Source: Chloroflexota bacterium
Lineage (GTDB): Bacteria; Chloroflexota; Limnocylindria; Limnocylindrales; CSP1-4
Reading direction: 5' to 3'
DNA length: 64,000 nt
Assembly (NCBI GenBank): GCA_017881915.1
Contig: JADGQK010000004.1
Span: forward strand, 1,024-65,023
In this document: one piece after another, positions 34,966 to 46,202 of the stretch
Layout: each line of letters starts with the position of its first letter
Position numbering within the stretch: position 1 is the stretch's first letter
Notes under the pieces: generated by a model
What the model was told of the DNA's origin: nothing
The model's input: only the letters and a program-made list of their open reading frames with translations
The model's database searches: none
Program-made: the position numbers and the translations under genes

Positions 34966-36528
34966 GTGTGCCCCGTGTCAACCAACGCTGAGCGGAACGT
35001 TCATTTCCGGCAGATGCAGGACGCGTCGCTTCTGGGTGGTGGCGTCGAGCGGATCGAACGACAGCACGCCGCCGGCAAGCTGACCGCGCGCGAGCGGCTC
35101 GAGCTTCTGCTCGACGAGGGTTCATTCGTTGAACTCGATGCCTTCGTCACCAGCCGAGCCGGGGATTCCACAGATGCCGGGGAGCCGTTCCTGGGCGACG
35201 GCGTTGTCACCGGCCATGGCCTGATCGCCGGACGGCTCGTGTTCGTGTTTTCGCAGGACTTCACGGTATTGGGCGGATCGTTGTCCGAAGCCTGTGCCGG
35301 CAAGATCTGCAAGGTGATGGACCTCGCTGTGAGCGTCGGAGCACCGATCGTTGGGTTGAATGATTCGGGTGGCGCGCGGATCCAGGAGGGCGTCGTGGCC
35401 CTGGGTGGATACGCAGATATCTTCCTGCGCAACGTTCGTGCGTCGGGGGTGGTTCCGCAACTGTCGTTGATCCTGGGCCCTTGCGCTGGAGGCGCCGTGT
35501 ATTCGCCCGCGATCACCGACTTCACGGTGATGGTCGAGGGCACGAGCTACATGTTCGTCACCGGCCCCGGCGTCGTGAAGGCGGTGACCCACGAAGATGT
35601 TGATGCGGAGCGACTCGGCGGCGCCATGACCCACACGACCCGCAGCGGTGTCGCCCATTTGGCGGCCCACGATGAGCCTGAGGCCCTGGACCTGGGGCGC
35701 AGGATTCTGGGCTACCTGCCCCAGAACAACCTGGGCGAGCCACCTCGTGTTCGAACGGCAGATCCTGCGGCGCGCGCAGATGTCGAATTGGATTCGCTTC
35801 TGTCCGACGATCCCGCGAAACCGTATGACATGCACGAAGTCATTCGGCGGGTCGTCGACGACGCCCTCTTCCTGGAGCTCCAGCCGGCCTGGGCCGCGAA
35901 CATCCTCATTGGATTCGCCCGCCTGGGCGGTCGCAGTGTCGGAATGGTCGCGCAGCAACCGGCAGTCCTCGCGGGCGCGCTCGACATCAACTCGTCGATC
36001 AAGGCTGCCCGGTTTGTTCGAACCTGTGATGCGTTCAATGTCCCAATCATCAGCTTTGTTGACGTTCCAGGATTCCTGCCCGGCGTTGGCCAGGAGGATG
36101 GCGGGATCATCCGCCACGGCGCGAAGCTGCTCTATGCCTACTGCGAAGCGACGGTGCCCAAATTGACGGTGATCATCCGGAAGGCCTACGGCGGAGCCTA
36201 CGACGTGATGAGCAGCAAGCATGTGGGCGGCGATATGAACTTCGCCTGGCCAAGCGCGGAAATCGCGGTGATGGGTGCCGACGGCGCCGTTGGGGTCATC
36301 TATCGGGAGCGTATTGCTGCGGCCGCCGACTCGGTGGGGGAGCAGGCAAGGCTCGTGGCGGAATACGAGGCAGAGTTCAACAACCCATACATCGCCGCAT
36401 CGCGCGGCTACATCGACGCGGTGATCCAGCCGTCGCAGACACGCCCGCGGTTGATCGCGGGGCTCGAGATGCTGGCCGACAAGCGAGCGGACAGCCCCAG
36501 GAAGAAGCATGGCAACATTCCGCTCTGA
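34966..36528 (+). CDS. pccB: acyl-CoA (propionyl-CoA) carboxylase carboxyltransferase beta subunit
   Basis: Full-length carboxyltransferase with [26 protein letters not shown] and the [14 protein letters not shown] region. GTG 34975 after AGGGGG is an alternative start. Confidence 0.92.
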   Translation: MCPVSTNAERNVHFRQMQDASLLGGGVERIERQHAAGKLTARERLELLLDEGSFVELDAFVTSRAGDSTDAGEPFLGDGVVTGHGLIAGRLVFVFSQDFTVLGGSLSEACAGKICKVMDLAVSVGAPIVGLNDSGGARIQEGVVALGGYADIFLRNVRASGVVPQLSLILGPCAGGAVYSPAITDFTVMVEGTSYMFVTGPGVVKAVTHEDVDAERLGGAMTHTTRSGVAHLAAHDEPEALDLGRRILGYLPQNNLGEPPRVRTADPAARADVELDSLLSDDPAKPYDMHEVIRRVVDDALFLELQPAWAANILIGFARLGGRSVGMVAQQPAVLAGALDINSSIKAARFVRTCDAFNVPIISFVDVPGFLPGVGQEDGGIIRHGAKLLYAYCEATVPKLTVIIRKAYGGAYDVMSSKHVGGDMNFAWPSAEIAVMGADGAVGVIYRERIAAAADSVGEQARLVAEYEAEFNNPYIAASRGYIDAVIQPSQTRPRLIAGLEMLADKRADSPRKKHGNIPL

Positions 36529-36581
36529 TCTTGCCGTCTTTGCGCAAAGACGGGCTGCCTGCCAGGAACGGCGCCGCTGCG

Positions 36582-38153
36582 ATGACTGACGTGGATCGAC
36601 CCTTCAGCCGTGTCCTCGTGGCCAACCGCGGCGAGATCGCCGTAAGGATCATCCGGACCTGTCGCGAGATGGGTATGGAGACCGTTGCCGTCTACAGCGA
36701 CGCGGACCGCCATGCCGGCCATGTCCGCATCGCGGACATGGCGGTTCGACTGGGACCGGCGCCGGCGTCGGAGAGTTATCTGGCGGCGGATGCGATTGTC
36801 AGGGCGGCGCTGGCGACAGGCGCCCAGGCGATCCATCCCGGCTGCGGCTTCCTGGCCGAGCGCGCCTCGTTTGCGGCAGCTGTCGAGTCAGCCGGGCTTA
36901 CCTTTGTTGGCCCGGACAGTCAGACGATCGCAGCGCTGGGCGACAAGCTGGCCGCCCGACGCATCGCCCGCTCGGTCGATGTTCCGGTCGTGCCCGGCAC
37001 CCTGGAACCGGCCTCGACCGCCAGTCCGGAGGGGGTCGCCCGGATCATCGAGGCAGCTCGTGAGCTCGGCTATCCGCTCTTCGTGAAGGCCGCGGCCGGC
37101 GGCGGCGGCCGGGGGATGCGCCGGGTCACCCGACCGGACGATCTGCCCTCGGCGTTGGCCGCCGGGTCGAACGAGGCGGAGGCCACGTTCGGCGACGGGG
37201 CCGTCTACCTTGAGCGAGAGATCAGGCCCGCCCGGCACATCGAGGTCCAGCTCCTGGGCGATGCTGCCGGCCGGGTGGTCGCAATTGGGGAGCGTGATTG
37301 CTCGATTCAGCGGCGCCACCAGAAGCTGGTCGAAGAGGCGCCGGCGGCAGGCCTCTCGGCGGCGCAACGCCAGCAGGTCCATGCCCTGGCGATCCGGATC
37401 GCGTCCAAGGCGGGCCTTGGCAATGCTGCGACGGCAGAATTCCTGTGTGACCGTGACGGGCACTTCTGGTTTCTGGAGATGAACGCTCGACTCCAGGTGG
37501 AGCACGGGGTCACCGAGCTCGTCAGTGGCCTGGACCTGGTTCGCGAGCAGTTCTGGCTGGCTGCCGGCGCCCCCTTGTCGGCCGGAGCGTTGGCTGCCGC
37601 GGAGCACGCGGCGGCGCCCAACGGACACGCGATCGAGGTCCGGATCTCGCTCGAGGACCCAGCGCGGGCGTTTGCGCCGATGGCCGGCCGGGTCGGCCGG
37701 TTCAGGCTGGCCGCAGGTCCCGGCCTGCGGGTGGATACGGCGCTCGAGCCGGGAGAGCGTGTCCCGCCGGACTACGATCCTCTCGTGGCGAAGCTCATGG
37801 TCCACGCGGCCGACCGTCCGATGGCGATTGACCGCCTCCGCCGGGCACTCGACGAGACGGAGATCGACGGGGTCCAGACCACCCTGCCGTTCCATCGATT
37901 TGTGGCCGAGAGCGCGGCCTTCCGAAGCGGCGACCTGTCGACGGACTTTGTCGAGACCTATTGGGACGGGCCCGCGGTCCGCCGGGCTGCCGTCCGCCGG
38001 GCGCTCATGGCCGCCGGCCTGGCCTTCTTCGAGCCGGTCCCGACAGCGTTTCCTCTCTCCCTCGCCGGTTCGCCGGCCGAACCCCACGGCCCTGCCGGCT
38101 CGACCTGGCTGGCCGTCGCCCGGGCGGAGGGCATCGATCGGTGGCCCGGGTGA
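36582..38153 (+). CDS. biotin carboxylase subunit of acyl-CoA carboxylase (no fused BCCP)
   Basis: RVLVANRGEIAVRIIRTCREMG, ATP-grasp GGGGRGMR and EMNARLQVEH. ATG 36582 fits the conserved N-terminus. A ~70-aa C-terminal tail carries no biotinyl domain. Confidence 0.9.
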   Translation: MTDVDRPFSRVLVANRGEIAVRIIRTCREMGMETVAVYSDADRHAGHVRIADMAVRLGPAPASESYLAADAIVRAALATGAQAIHPGCGFLAERASFAAAVESAGLTFVGPDSQTIAALGDKLAARRIARSVDVPVVPGTLEPASTASPEGVARIIEAARELGYPLFVKAAAGGGGRGMRRVTRPDDLPSALAAGSNEAEATFGDGAVYLEREIRPARHIEVQLLGDAAGRVVAIGERDCSIQRRHQKLVEEAPAAGLSAAQRQQVHALAIRIASKAGLGNAATAEFLCDRDGHFWFLEMNARLQVEHGVTELVSGLDLVREQFWLAAGAPLSAGALAAAEHAAAPNGHAIEVRISLEDPARAFAPMAGRVGRFRLAAGPGLRVDTALEPGERVPPDYDPLVAKLMVHAADRPMAIDRLRRALDETEIDGVQTTLPFHRFVAESAAFRSGDLSTDFVETYWDGPAVRRAAVRRALMAAGLAFFEPVPTAFPLSLAGSPAEPHGPAGSTWLAVARAEGIDRWPG

Positions 38154-38737
38154 GCAACCGGGACGAAGCCCTTTGGGTCAGGCCGGCAGAAGCCAGCTAC
38201 GCGGCCGGCGATCCTACTCTGACCGTCTGCCGCGGGAGCGCCACGACGCGTGACGATGGCGAGGCCGCTCCAGCCGTCGCCCGGATCGAGTGGCTCGACT
38301 CGGAGCATGCGATCCTTGCCGAAGAGCCGTCCGCGGACGCCGGGCCGGATCCCATCCGGACCCGAGTGGTCCTTGGGCCGGCCCACCGCCGAGCGGGCGA
38401 CGGAATCCTGGTCCAGGAGGTTGTGGTCGATGGCTGGCGGGTGGAGGTGGAGCTCGAGCCCGAGAGCCGGGCGAGCCTCCGAGAACGTGCCCGGCGCGAG
38501 GCGACCGTCGTTGACCGCCCTGGGCCGATTCACATCGTGGCGGAGCTGCCCGGCCGGATTGCCGGCCTATCGGTCGCGCCGGGCGACGTGGTGGTTGCCG
38601 GCCAGCAACTCCTGGTGATCGAGGCAATGAAGATGCACAATGAGCTCCGGGCCCCACGGGCTGGGACCGTCGACCGGGTCGTCGTGGCGGTCGGCAGCGG
38701 GGTCGAGCTGGGCGACCTCCTCGTCGTTCTCCGATGA
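38150..38737 (+). CDS. biotin carboxyl carrier protein (biotinyl domain) with N-terminal extension
   Basis: C-terminal biotinyl domain with EAMKM motif ([16 protein letters not shown]). GTG 38150 overlaps the upstream TGA (GTGA); GTG 38141 is an alternative. Confidence 0.8.
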   Translation: MSNRDEALWVRPAEASYAAGDPTLTVCRGSATTRDDGEAAPAVARIEWLDSEHAILAEEPSADAGPDPIRTRVVLGPAHRRAGDGILVQEVVVDGWRVEVELEPESRASLRERARREATVVDRPGPIHIVAELPGRIAGLSVAPGDVVVAGQQLLVIEAMKMHNELRAPRAGTVDRVVVAVGSGVELGDLLVVLR

Positions 38738-40404
38738 GCACGACCGAGCGGCCAGACCCGGGTCGCGAGCGCTGGCGGGCGACGACCCGGGAAGCCGCCA
38801 GCAAGGGCACGCCCGAGCGGCGCGCGACCTTCGTCACCAGCTCCGGGACGGTAATCCGCGACCTGTACACGCCGGCCGACGTCGCCGGGCTGGATGAGGA
38901 TCGCGACCTTGGCCGGCCGGGCGAGTTTCCGTTCACGAGGGGTGTCCAGCCGACGATGTACCGCGGCCGCTTCTGGACGATGCGCCAGTACGCGGGCTTC
39001 GCCACGGCGGCCGAGACGAACGAGCGCTTCCGCTATCTCCTCGAGCAGGGCCAGACCGGGCTATCGGTGGCGTTCGACCTGCCCACCCAGATGGGCTACG
39101 ACTCGGATGCTCCGGCGGCGGTCGGCGAGGTCGGCCGGGTCGGCGTCCCGATCAGCAGCCTGGCCGACATGGAGACCCTGTTCCAGGGGATCCCGCTCGA
39201 GCGGGTGAGCACGTCGATGACGATCAACTCAACCGCGGCGATCCTCCTCGCCCTCTACGTCGCCGCGGCCGAGCGCCAGGGTGCGCCGCGCTCGGCGCTG
39301 AGCGGCACGACCCAGAACGACATCCTGAAGGAGTACATCGCCCGGGGCACCTGGATCTACCCGCCCCGCCCCTCGATGCGCCTCGTGACGGACATCTTCG
39401 AGTTCAGCTCGCGCGAGCTGCCCCGCTGGAACACGATCAGCATCTCCGGCTATCACATGCGCGAGGCAGGCGCGACGGCCGCCCAGGAGCTCGCCTTCAC
39501 CCTGGCCGATGCGATTGCCTACGTCGAAGCGGCGATCGAGCGGGGCCTCGACGTCGATGACTTCGCCGGGCGGCTGAGCTTCTTCTTCGCGGCCTGGAGT
39601 GAGCTCTTCGAGGAGGTGGCCAAGTTCCGGGCAGCCCGCCGGATGTGGGCCCGGATCGTCCGGGACCGCTTCGGAAGCCACAACCCACGCTCCCAGATGT
39701 GCCGCTTCCACGTCCAGACAGCGGGCAGCAGCCTGACCGCCCAGTCGATCGACAACAACGTCGTCCGGACGACCGTGCAGGCCCTTGCGGCGGTCCTTGG
39801 TGGAGCCCAGAGCCTGCACACGAACGCTCGCGACGAGGCACTCGCCCTGCCCACGGCCGAGTCGGCGCGGCTGGCCCTGCGGACCCAGCAGATCCTGGCC
39901 AACGAGGCCGGCGTGACGGAGACGCCTGACCCGCTCGGCGGGAGCTACTACGTCGAGGCGCTGACCGACGCACTCGAGCGGGCGGCCCTCGACTACCTGG
40001 CCGAGATCGAGGCTCTCGGCGGGACGCTTGCCGCTCTCGAAGGCGGCTTCCAGCAGCACCAGATCCAGGAAGCGGCCTATCAGGTCCAGACCGCGATCGA
40101 GCGTGGCGACCAGGTCGTGGTCGGGGTCAACAAGTTCCGCGACGAGGCTGGCCTGACGCCACCGACTCACAAGATCGACCCGGAAGGGGAGCGCCGCCAG
40201 ATCGAGGGCCTCCGGCGGGTCCGGGCCGAGCGCGATCCCGCCGCCTGGGCGGCTGCCCTCGGCCGGCTGGAAGCGGCCGCGCGCGGCACGGACAATCTGC
40301 TGCCGCCGATGATCGACGCGGTCAAGGCGTATGCCACAGTTGGCGAGATCAGCGACCGCTTGCGAACGGTGTGGGGCGAACACCGTGAACTGATCACGAT
40401 CTAA
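38734..40404 (+). CDS. methylmalonyl-CoA mutase large subunit (catalytic TIM-barrel domain only)
   Basis: [25 protein letters not shown] and [17 protein letters not shown] motifs. 556 aa with no C-terminal B12-binding domain. ATGA overlap with the BCCP gene. Confidence 0.9.
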   Translation: MSTTERPDPGRERWRATTREAASKGTPERRATFVTSSGTVIRDLYTPADVAGLDEDRDLGRPGEFPFTRGVQPTMYRGRFWTMRQYAGFATAAETNERFRYLLEQGQTGLSVAFDLPTQMGYDSDAPAAVGEVGRVGVPISSLADMETLFQGIPLERVSTSMTINSTAAILLALYVAAAERQGAPRSALSGTTQNDILKEYIARGTWIYPPRPSMRLVTDIFEFSSRELPRWNTISISGYHMREAGATAAQELAFTLADAIAYVEAAIERGLDVDDFAGRLSFFFAAWSELFEEVAKFRAARRMWARIVRDRFGSHNPRSQMCRFHVQTAGSSLTAQSIDNNVVRTTVQALAAVLGGAQSLHTNARDEALALPTAESARLALRTQQILANEAGVTETPDPLGGSYYVEALTDALERAALDYLAEIEALGGTLAALEGGFQQHQIQEAAYQVQTAIERGDQVVVGVNKFRDEAGLTPPTHKIDPEGERRQIEGLRRVRAERDPAAWAAALGRLEAAARGTDNLLPPMIDAVKAYATVGEISDRLRTVWGEHRELITI

Positions 40405-40436
40405 GCCCGCACCGAGCCTGGAACAGGAGGCCCCCG

Positions 40437-40901
40437 ATGACCGTGCCCCGGACGCTCCCCGAGCAGATCCACCGAATCGGCCGGATCCATCATGTCGCGG
40501 TGGTCGTGGCCGACCTGGCCGCCTCCCTGGCGTTCTACCGGGACATCCTGGGCCTTGAGCTCGAGGTGGTCCAGGAGATCGCCCATGACCGGGTCCGGAT
40601 CGCCTTCCTGCCGATCGGTGAGTCGAAGCTGGAGCTCGTCGAGCCAACCGACGCGACAACCGGCGTCGCCCGATTCCTCGCCTCGAAGGGGGAAGGCTTC
40701 CATCACGTCTGCCTCGAGGTCGCCAACCTTTCCGAGAGCCTGACCCGGCTGGCGATCGACGGCATCGAGCTGATCGACACTGCTCCGCGCAAGGGTGCCG
40801 AGGGGCCCGTGGCATTCCTTCACCCCCGCTCGTGCGGTGGCGTGCTGGTCGAGCTCATCGAGGCTCCCGGCGGCCCCTCCTGGGCCGCTCTCGGCTATTG
40901 A
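40437..40901 (+). CDS. mce: methylmalonyl-CoA epimerase (VOC/glyoxalase fold)
   Basis: IHHVAVVVADL...ESKLELVEP...GEGFHHVCLEV pattern, and the context is directly after the mutase. Confidence 0.85.
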   Translation: MTVPRTLPEQIHRIGRIHHVAVVVADLAASLAFYRDILGLELEVVQEIAHDRVRIAFLPIGESKLELVEPTDATTGVARFLASKGEGFHHVCLEVANLSESLTRLAIDGIELIDTAPRKGAEGPVAFLHPRSCGGVLVELIEAPGGPSWAALGY

Positions 40902-40913
40902 GCCTGGATCGCC

Positions 40914-40928
40914 GAGCCGGCGCGGCTC
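40914..40928. terminator. short hairpin GAGCCG-GCG-CGGCTC between convergent genes
   Basis: 6-bp stem followed by AGGGCTCTTTC on the plus strand. It overlaps the stop codon of the minus-strand DUF47 gene. Confidence 0.25.
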
Positions 40929-41562
40929 AGGGCTCTTTCACCGCCGCGTACCAGATCCGTTCGGCCACCTCCACGAGCGTCTCGCTCATCCGGGAGAAGC
41001 GTCGGTAGAGCTCACGCCGACCAGTGATCTCGCGAAGGTCCTCGCTCCCCAGAAGGTCGGCCATCGCTCCGCGGTAGATCCATTCAAGGGCGCGCTGGGC
41101 CTTGACCGCGCCATCGGCGTCGGTCGTCGGATCGTCCGGACCACCATCCATCGCAGATCGAGCGGTCAGCGCCATGTTGTCGAACGCCCGGCTGATCCGC
41201 CGGACACCCTCCGCGATCCTGTCGGACATCGCCGCGATCGGAGCATCCGGATGCATCCCGAGGAGCTCTGCCTCGCGCACCGTGTCCTTCGCTTCGTTGA
41301 GCACCGAGTCGAGGCGGCCCGACAGGACGAACAGGTCCTCCGGGGCGATCGGGGTGATGAACGCCCGGCGGACGGCGACACGAAGGGCTCGCTTGTGCAC
41401 GTCGGCCCGGTGTTCGGCGTCGCGCAGCCGATCTGAGCCGGTCGGGTCGCCATTCGCCCAGGCGACGAGTGCCTCCATGCCCTCGACGGTGGTCGTGGCC
41501 TGGACGCGCAAGATCGCCAATACGTTGGACTCCGCCGGAAGCAGCCAGCTGAGCTTCGTCAC
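40927..41562 (-). CDS. DUF47 (PhoU-like) phosphate-transport-associated protein
   Basis: Helical DUF47-type sequence (HRADVHKRAL..., ELYRRFSRMSETLVEVAERI). Lies immediately downstream of the PiT gene. Confidence 0.8.
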   Translation of the reverse strand: MTKLSWLLPAESNVLAILRVQATTTVEGMEALVAWANGDPTGSDRLRDAEHRADVHKRALRVAVRRAFITPIAPEDLFVLSGRLDSVLNEAKDTVREAELLGMHPDAPIAAMSDRIAEGVRRISRAFDNMALTARSAMDGGPDDPTTDADGAVKAQRALEWIYRGAMADLLGSEDLREITGRRELYRRFSRMSETLVEVAERIWYAAVKEP

Positions 41563-41572
41563 TGTCGCAGGA

Positions 41573-42583
41573 TCATCCGAGCAATCTCCAGAATGGCAGG
41601 CTGATCGCCCCGATCAAGCCGGCAGCCGGGATCGTGGTCAGCCAGGTCATCAGGTTCCTCCGGACGACCTCCCAGCGCACATGGTGCCACCGCCGCCGGG
41701 CAAGTCCGATCCCTACGATGGAGGAAGCGACGATCTGGTTGGTGCTGACCGGGGCGCCGAGGATCGATGCAACGAAGATCACGCCGGCTGAGCTGCCCTG
41801 GCTGACCAGCCCATCGACCGTCTTGACCGGGAAGATCCGTCGGCCGATCGTGTGGACGATGCCCCAGCCGCCCAGCGCCGTGCCGAGGGTCAGGACCACG
41901 GCCGAGACGAGGATGACCGGTGGGCTGACCACGAATGAGCTGCTCAGCCCTCCGGCGACCAGGAGTGCTGCGATCAGGCCGGCGGATTTCGAGGTGTCGT
42001 TGGCGCCGTGGCTGGCGGCAAGCCAGGCGGACGTAACGTACTGGGCGGCCCGGACAGGACCGGCGGCTCGAACGGAGGTTCGGGCGAACGACCGGAGGGC
42101 CGCCCGCTCCATCAGGTAGCCCGCGAGGGTGGCGACCACGGGCGTTAGCGCCAGGGCGGCGAGGATCCCGACCACGCCGACCGGACCACGACCGCCCGGG
42201 CCGGCCCAATTGATGGCGTTCGGCCCGGCATCGAGCAAAGCGGCCCCGACCAGGCCGCCGACCAGGGCATGCGACGAGCTCGACGGGATCGCCAGCCGCC
42301 ACGTGATTGCCGTCCAGGCCGCGCCGCCCAAGGCTCCCGCTCCGACCACCGGGATCAGCCGCGGGCCGGACAGGACCACGATGGCGCCGAGGGTCCCGGC
42401 GACGGCCGTCCCGAACAGGAACGGTCCGGCGAGGTTGAACAGGGCCGCCAGGATGACAGCCGGGCCTGGGTTCGCCGCTCGGGAGGCGACCAGGGTCGCC
42501 GTCGCGGTCGCTGCGCCGGTCACCCCGTCGACGAAGGCGAAGACGAGAACCATTGCGACGGCCAGGACCAGGACGAGGTTCAC
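41573..42583 (-). CDS. pit: inorganic phosphate transporter, PiT family
   Basis: PHO4 signatures GANDTSKSAG and GAPVSTNQ. Polytopic membrane protein. Confidence 0.88.
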   Translation of the reverse strand: MNLVLVLAVAMVLVFAFVDGVTGAATATATLVASRAANPGPAVILAALFNLAGPFLFGTAVAGTLGAIVVLSGPRLIPVVGAGALGGAAWTAITWRLAIPSSSSHALVGGLVGAALLDAGPNAINWAGPGGRGPVGVVGILAALALTPVVATLAGYLMERAALRSFARTSVRAAGPVRAAQYVTSAWLAASHGANDTSKSAGLIAALLVAGGLSSSFVVSPPVILVSAVVLTLGTALGGWGIVHTIGRRIFPVKTVDGLVSQGSSAGVIFVASILGAPVSTNQIVASSIVGIGLARRRWHHVRWEVVRRNLMTWLTTIPAAGLIGAISLPFWRLLG

Positions 42584-43332
42584 CCGGCAGTCGCCCGGAC
42601 ACTGAACCGGCCGGCCCGGGCGTCCACCTCGAGGAGCAGCCCGTACGCGGCTGAGAGGCAGGCGCCGGTCAGGACCTCCTCGATCGGCCCGCTCGCGAGG
42701 ACCGCGCCGGCGGTCAGGACCAGGGCGCGGTCGAAGCCAGCCGGGATCTCCTCGAGGTGATGGGTGACGAGGGCGATCGCCGGCGTACTGCCGGCCGCCA
42801 TTGCGGTCAGTCGGACGAGGAGGTCCTCGCGGGCTCCGAGATCGAGCCCCGCGGCCGGCTCGTCGAGCAGGACGAGGTCGGGCTCGGTCATCAGTGTGCG
42901 GGCGATCAGTAGCCGGCCGCGCTCACCCGAGGACAGGCTGCCGAACATGCGCGCCTCGAAGCCGGCCAGCCCGAGCCGGGCCAGCCCGCCAACTGCCCGC
43001 TCCCGATCGGCCGGGCTGTAGCCGGCCCACCACGGGGCGAGCGCGGCGTGACGGGCGGTCAGGACCACGTCGAGGGCAGGCAGGGCCGGGTCGACGTCCG
43101 CGGCCAGGGCGGCGCTGACGTAGCCGATCCGCCGGCGCAGCTCGCGCGCATCGGTCCGGCCGATCGACTGGCCCAGGACGTCGACGCTGCCCCGGCTGGG
43201 CCAGAGGTAGGTGCTGGCCACCCGCAGGAGGGTTGTCTTGCCCGAGCCATTTGGGCCGACGATCGCCCAGCGCTCGCCGGCGCGGATCGTCCAGTCAACC
43301 CGGTCGAGGATCCAGCGACCCTCCCGGCGCAC
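42580..43332 (-). CDS. orphan ABC ATPase (ModF/YlmA-like, no cognate permease)
   Basis: Walker A GPNGSGKTT, signature LSSGERGRL and Walker B LLDEPAAGLD. The ABC fold visibly continues upstream of the GTG 43332 start (PVLRLTGVG), so the true start is probably near 43371. 4-nt overlap with the pit start. Confidence 0.85.
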   Translation of the reverse strand: MRREGRWILDRVDWTIRAGERWAIVGPNGSGKTTLLRVASTYLWPSRGSVDVLGQSIGRTDARELRRRIGYVSAALAADVDPALPALDVVLTARHAALAPWWAGYSPADRERAVGGLARLGLAGFEARMFGSLSSGERGRLLIARTLMTEPDLVLLDEPAAGLDLGAREDLLVRLTAMAAGSTPAIALVTHHLEEIPAGFDRALVLTAGAVLASGPIEEVLTGACLSAAYGLLLEVDARAGRFSVRATAG

Positions 43333-43367
43333 GCCGACGCCGGTCAGGCGGAGGACCGGGTCCGCGC

Positions 43368-43874
43368 TCAGAGAGACCAGGCGAACAGGATGTCTGGCGC
43401 CCGTTGGGCGGCCCGGCAGAAGGCCACGAGCTCACCGGCGAGCTGCCGGATCCAGGGTTTCTCCTCGCGGGGCAGGTCACCCAGCTCCTCGTCGAGCAGG
43501 TCGATCCAGCGCCCCGTCACCCGGTCGATCTGCCCATCGTCGAGCCGGGCGATTGCCTCCACCCAGCGCGGGTCGACCCGCTCGATCGTCCGATCGTCCT
43601 GGCCCGGCCGGCTGCCGGGCCCGCCGGCGCCGACGGAATCGAGTTCGCGACGGGCGTCAAGGAAATCGTGCGGCTCGTCCGCCCCGGTCACCATGCGGGC
43701 CGCCTCGCTGAACAGGTCGAGCCAGGTTGGATCGAGTCCGGCACCCAGGCCGAGGTGGGCGGCGAAACGGTGGGGGTCGCTCAGCGCCGCCAGGTCGTCC
43801 GTGCCGATCGCGACGAGGATCTCCTGCTGGTCCCCGGCGATCAGGTCCATCAGGGTACCCGTGGCTCTACCCAT
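43368..43874 (-). CDS. hypothetical acidic protein (168 aa)
   Basis: G/C-rich third positions. Sits between sucD and the ABC ATPase on the same strand. No recognised family. Confidence 0.5.
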   Translation of the reverse strand: MGRATGTLMDLIAGDQQEILVAIGTDDLAALSDPHRFAAHLGLGAGLDPTWLDLFSEAARMVTGADEPHDFLDARRELDSVGAGGPGSRPGQDDRTIERVDPRWVEAIARLDDGQIDRVTGRWIDLLDEELGDLPREEKPWIRQLAGELVAFCRAAQRAPDILFAWSL

Positions 43875-43883
43875 CGGCGTCGT

Positions 43884-44768
43884 TCATCCCTGGTAGCCGG
43901 CTGCCCGCAGGATCGCTGGAATCTCCATGGGCGAGGCGGCGACCCGGATACCGGCGGCCTCGAGCGCGGCGATCTTGCTGGCGGCCGTGCCGGAGCCGCC
44001 CGAGATGATCGCGCCGGCATGACCCATCCGGCGTCCCTCGGGTGCCGTCCGCCCGGCGATGAAGGCGGCCATCGGGACGCCCTGGAGGTGCTCGGTCGCC
44101 CAGGCCGCGGCCTCTTCCTCGGCCGAGCCGCCGATCTCCCCGATCAGCACGATCGCATCCGTCTCAGGATCGGCCGCGAACAGCCTTAGCACATCGAGGA
44201 ACGTTGTCCCGATGATCGGATCGCCACCGATCCCGACGCAGGTCGACTGGCCGATCCCCGCGTCGGTCATCACCTGGACGGCCTCATAGGTGAGCGTGCC
44301 CGATCGGGACACGACGCCGGCGCCGCCCTCGCGATGGATGGATCCCGGGATGATCCCGACCTTGGCCCGGCCCGGCGATGTAGCGCCGGGGCAGTTCGGG
44401 CCGATCAATCGGGCACCGGCGGCGCGCACGACCTCGACCACCTTGAGCATGTCGAGCGCCGGGATCCCCTCGGTGATGCAGAAGATCGTGGCGATCCCGG
44501 CAGCGGCCGCCTCGAGGACCGCGTCGGGGGCGCCGCTGGCCGGGACATAGATGCAGGAGGTATTCGCACCGGTTTCGCGGACCGCCTCGGCAACCGTGTC
44601 AAAGACCGGGACCCGACCATCGAGGGCCCGCTGGCCGCCCTTGTTGGGGGTGACCCCGGCCACGATCGGGGTACCGTATTCGAGCGTTGCCCGCGAGTGG
44701 AAATCGCCTTCGCGACCGGTGATTCCCTGGACGACCAGGCGGGTATCCCGGCCGACCAGGATGCTCAT
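43884..44768 (-). CDS. sucD: succinyl-CoA synthetase alpha subunit
   Basis: [19 protein letters not shown] and catalytic His loop MGHAGAII. Confidence 0.95.
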   Translation of the reverse strand: MSILVGRDTRLVVQGITGREGDFHSRATLEYGTPIVAGVTPNKGGQRALDGRVPVFDTVAEAVRETGANTSCIYVPASGAPDAVLEAAAAGIATIFCITEGIPALDMLKVVEVVRAAGARLIGPNCPGATSPGRAKVGIIPGSIHREGGAGVVSRSGTLTYEAVQVMTDAGIGQSTCVGIGGDPIIGTTFLDVLRLFAADPETDAIVLIGEIGGSAEEEAAAWATEHLQGVPMAAFIAGRTAPEGRRMGHAGAIISGGSGTAASKIAALEAAGIRVAASPMEIPAILRAAGYQG

Positions 44769-45940
44769 CGGGCGGGCCCGGCCACGGCCACGGCCTTGGC
44801 CGCCGCGTCGTCCAGGGAGGACGCCGTCGCAAAGTGGTTCGCCTCGAGCAGGGCGCCGGCCTCGCTGGCATTCGTGCCGACGATCCGGACGACCATCGGG
44901 ACCTCCCGGGCCTGCACGGCGCGGGCCTCGATCAGGCCTCGAGCGACCTCGTCGCCGCGGGTGATCCCACCGAAGATGTTGACCAGGATCGCCTTCACCT
45001 GTGGATCGGCCAGGATGATCCGCATTGCCGCGGCCACCTTGTCCGCCCGGGCGCCACCGCCGATGTCGAGGAAGTTGGCGGGCTCCCCGCCGGCCCGCTT
45101 GACCAGGTCCATCGTGGTCATCGCCAGGCCGGCCCCGTTGACCATGCAGCCGATCGAGCCGTCAAGCTTGATGAAGTTGATGCCTTCTTCGCGGGCCTCC
45201 CGATCGGCCGGATCCTCCTCGTCGAGGTCGCGCAGGGCCTCGAGCTCGGGGTGCCTGGCCAGCGCCGAGTCGTCGAGGGTGATCTTCGCATCGAGGCAGG
45301 CCAGCCGCTCCACGGCCATCCCGTCCGGGCCGGTCTCGCGCACGACGGCAAGGGGATTGATCTCGACGAGGTCGGCGTCGTTGACCAGCATCGTGGCCAC
45401 GAGGCCCTCGGCAATCTTGGCGAACTCGCGCAGGTGCGGGCCGCCCAGCCCAACCGCGAAGGCGAGCTGGCGGGCCTGCCAGTCGAGCAGGCCGAGGTGG
45501 GGATGGGCTCCCAGCCGGTGGATCGCCGCCGGATTGACCCGGGCGACCTCTTCGATCTCGACGCCGCCCTCGGCCGAGGCCATGACCACGATCCGCCGGC
45601 TGACCCGGTCCAGGATGGCCCCCAGGTAGTACTCGCGAACGATCTCGGCAGCCGGCCCGACCAGGAGCTTGCGGACCTGGATGCCCTTGATCTGGAGGGC
45701 CAGGATCGCCGCCGCCGCCGCCTCGACCGCGTCCGCGTCGCCGGCGACCTTGACCCCGCCGGCCTTGCCCCGTCCGCCGACCAGGACCTGGGCCTTGACC
45801 ACGACCTTCACGGCGCCGGCCTCGAAGGCGCGCTCGGCGGCCCGGCGTGCATCGCCGGCCGACCGGACGACCTCCCAGCCCGGCACCGGCAGGCCCTGCG
45901 CCAGCAGCAGGGACTTGGCGTCGGCTTCCTGGATCTTCAC
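44765..45940 (-). CDS. sucC: succinyl-CoA synthetase beta subunit
   Basis: [13 protein letters not shown]-terminus (GTG 45940), ATP-grasp region and [13 protein letters not shown]. The ORF-track start 46024 adds an Arg-rich extension. Confidence 0.95.
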   Translation of the reverse strand: MKIQEADAKSLLLAQGLPVPGWEVVRSAGDARRAAERAFEAGAVKVVVKAQVLVGGRGKAGGVKVAGDADAVEAAAAAILALQIKGIQVRKLLVGPAAEIVREYYLGAILDRVSRRIVVMASAEGGVEIEEVARVNPAAIHRLGAHPHLGLLDWQARQLAFAVGLGGPHLREFAKIAEGLVATMLVNDADLVEINPLAVVRETGPDGMAVERLACLDAKITLDDSALARHPELEALRDLDEEDPADREAREEGINFIKLDGSIGCMVNGAGLAMTTMDLVKRAGGEPANFLDIGGGARADKVAAAMRIILADPQVKAILVNIFGGITRGDEVARGLIEARAVQAREVPMVVRIVGTNASEAGALLEANHFATASSLDDAAAKAVAVAGPAR

Positions 45941-46202
45941 GGCGGCGGGTCTCCTGGGTCGGCCGAAGCCTTGGGTCGCGGCGGCGAGCGTCGGCCGGGG
46001 GCGTCGCCGACGGGTCGCTGGCAAGGCGATGGTACCGCGCCGTCGGCTGGGCGGCTTTGCCGGCCTGGCTCGAGTCGCCCCTGCGAGCCGCGATTCGGGT
46101 CCCCGCTTCGGGCGGAACCCGCATTCGGGCTAGAATGACTACCCGAGGAGCGGTATCCGGGCCCTTCGGCTGACCCCCGCCCAGCTCGCCAGAGGGAGAT
46201 CC

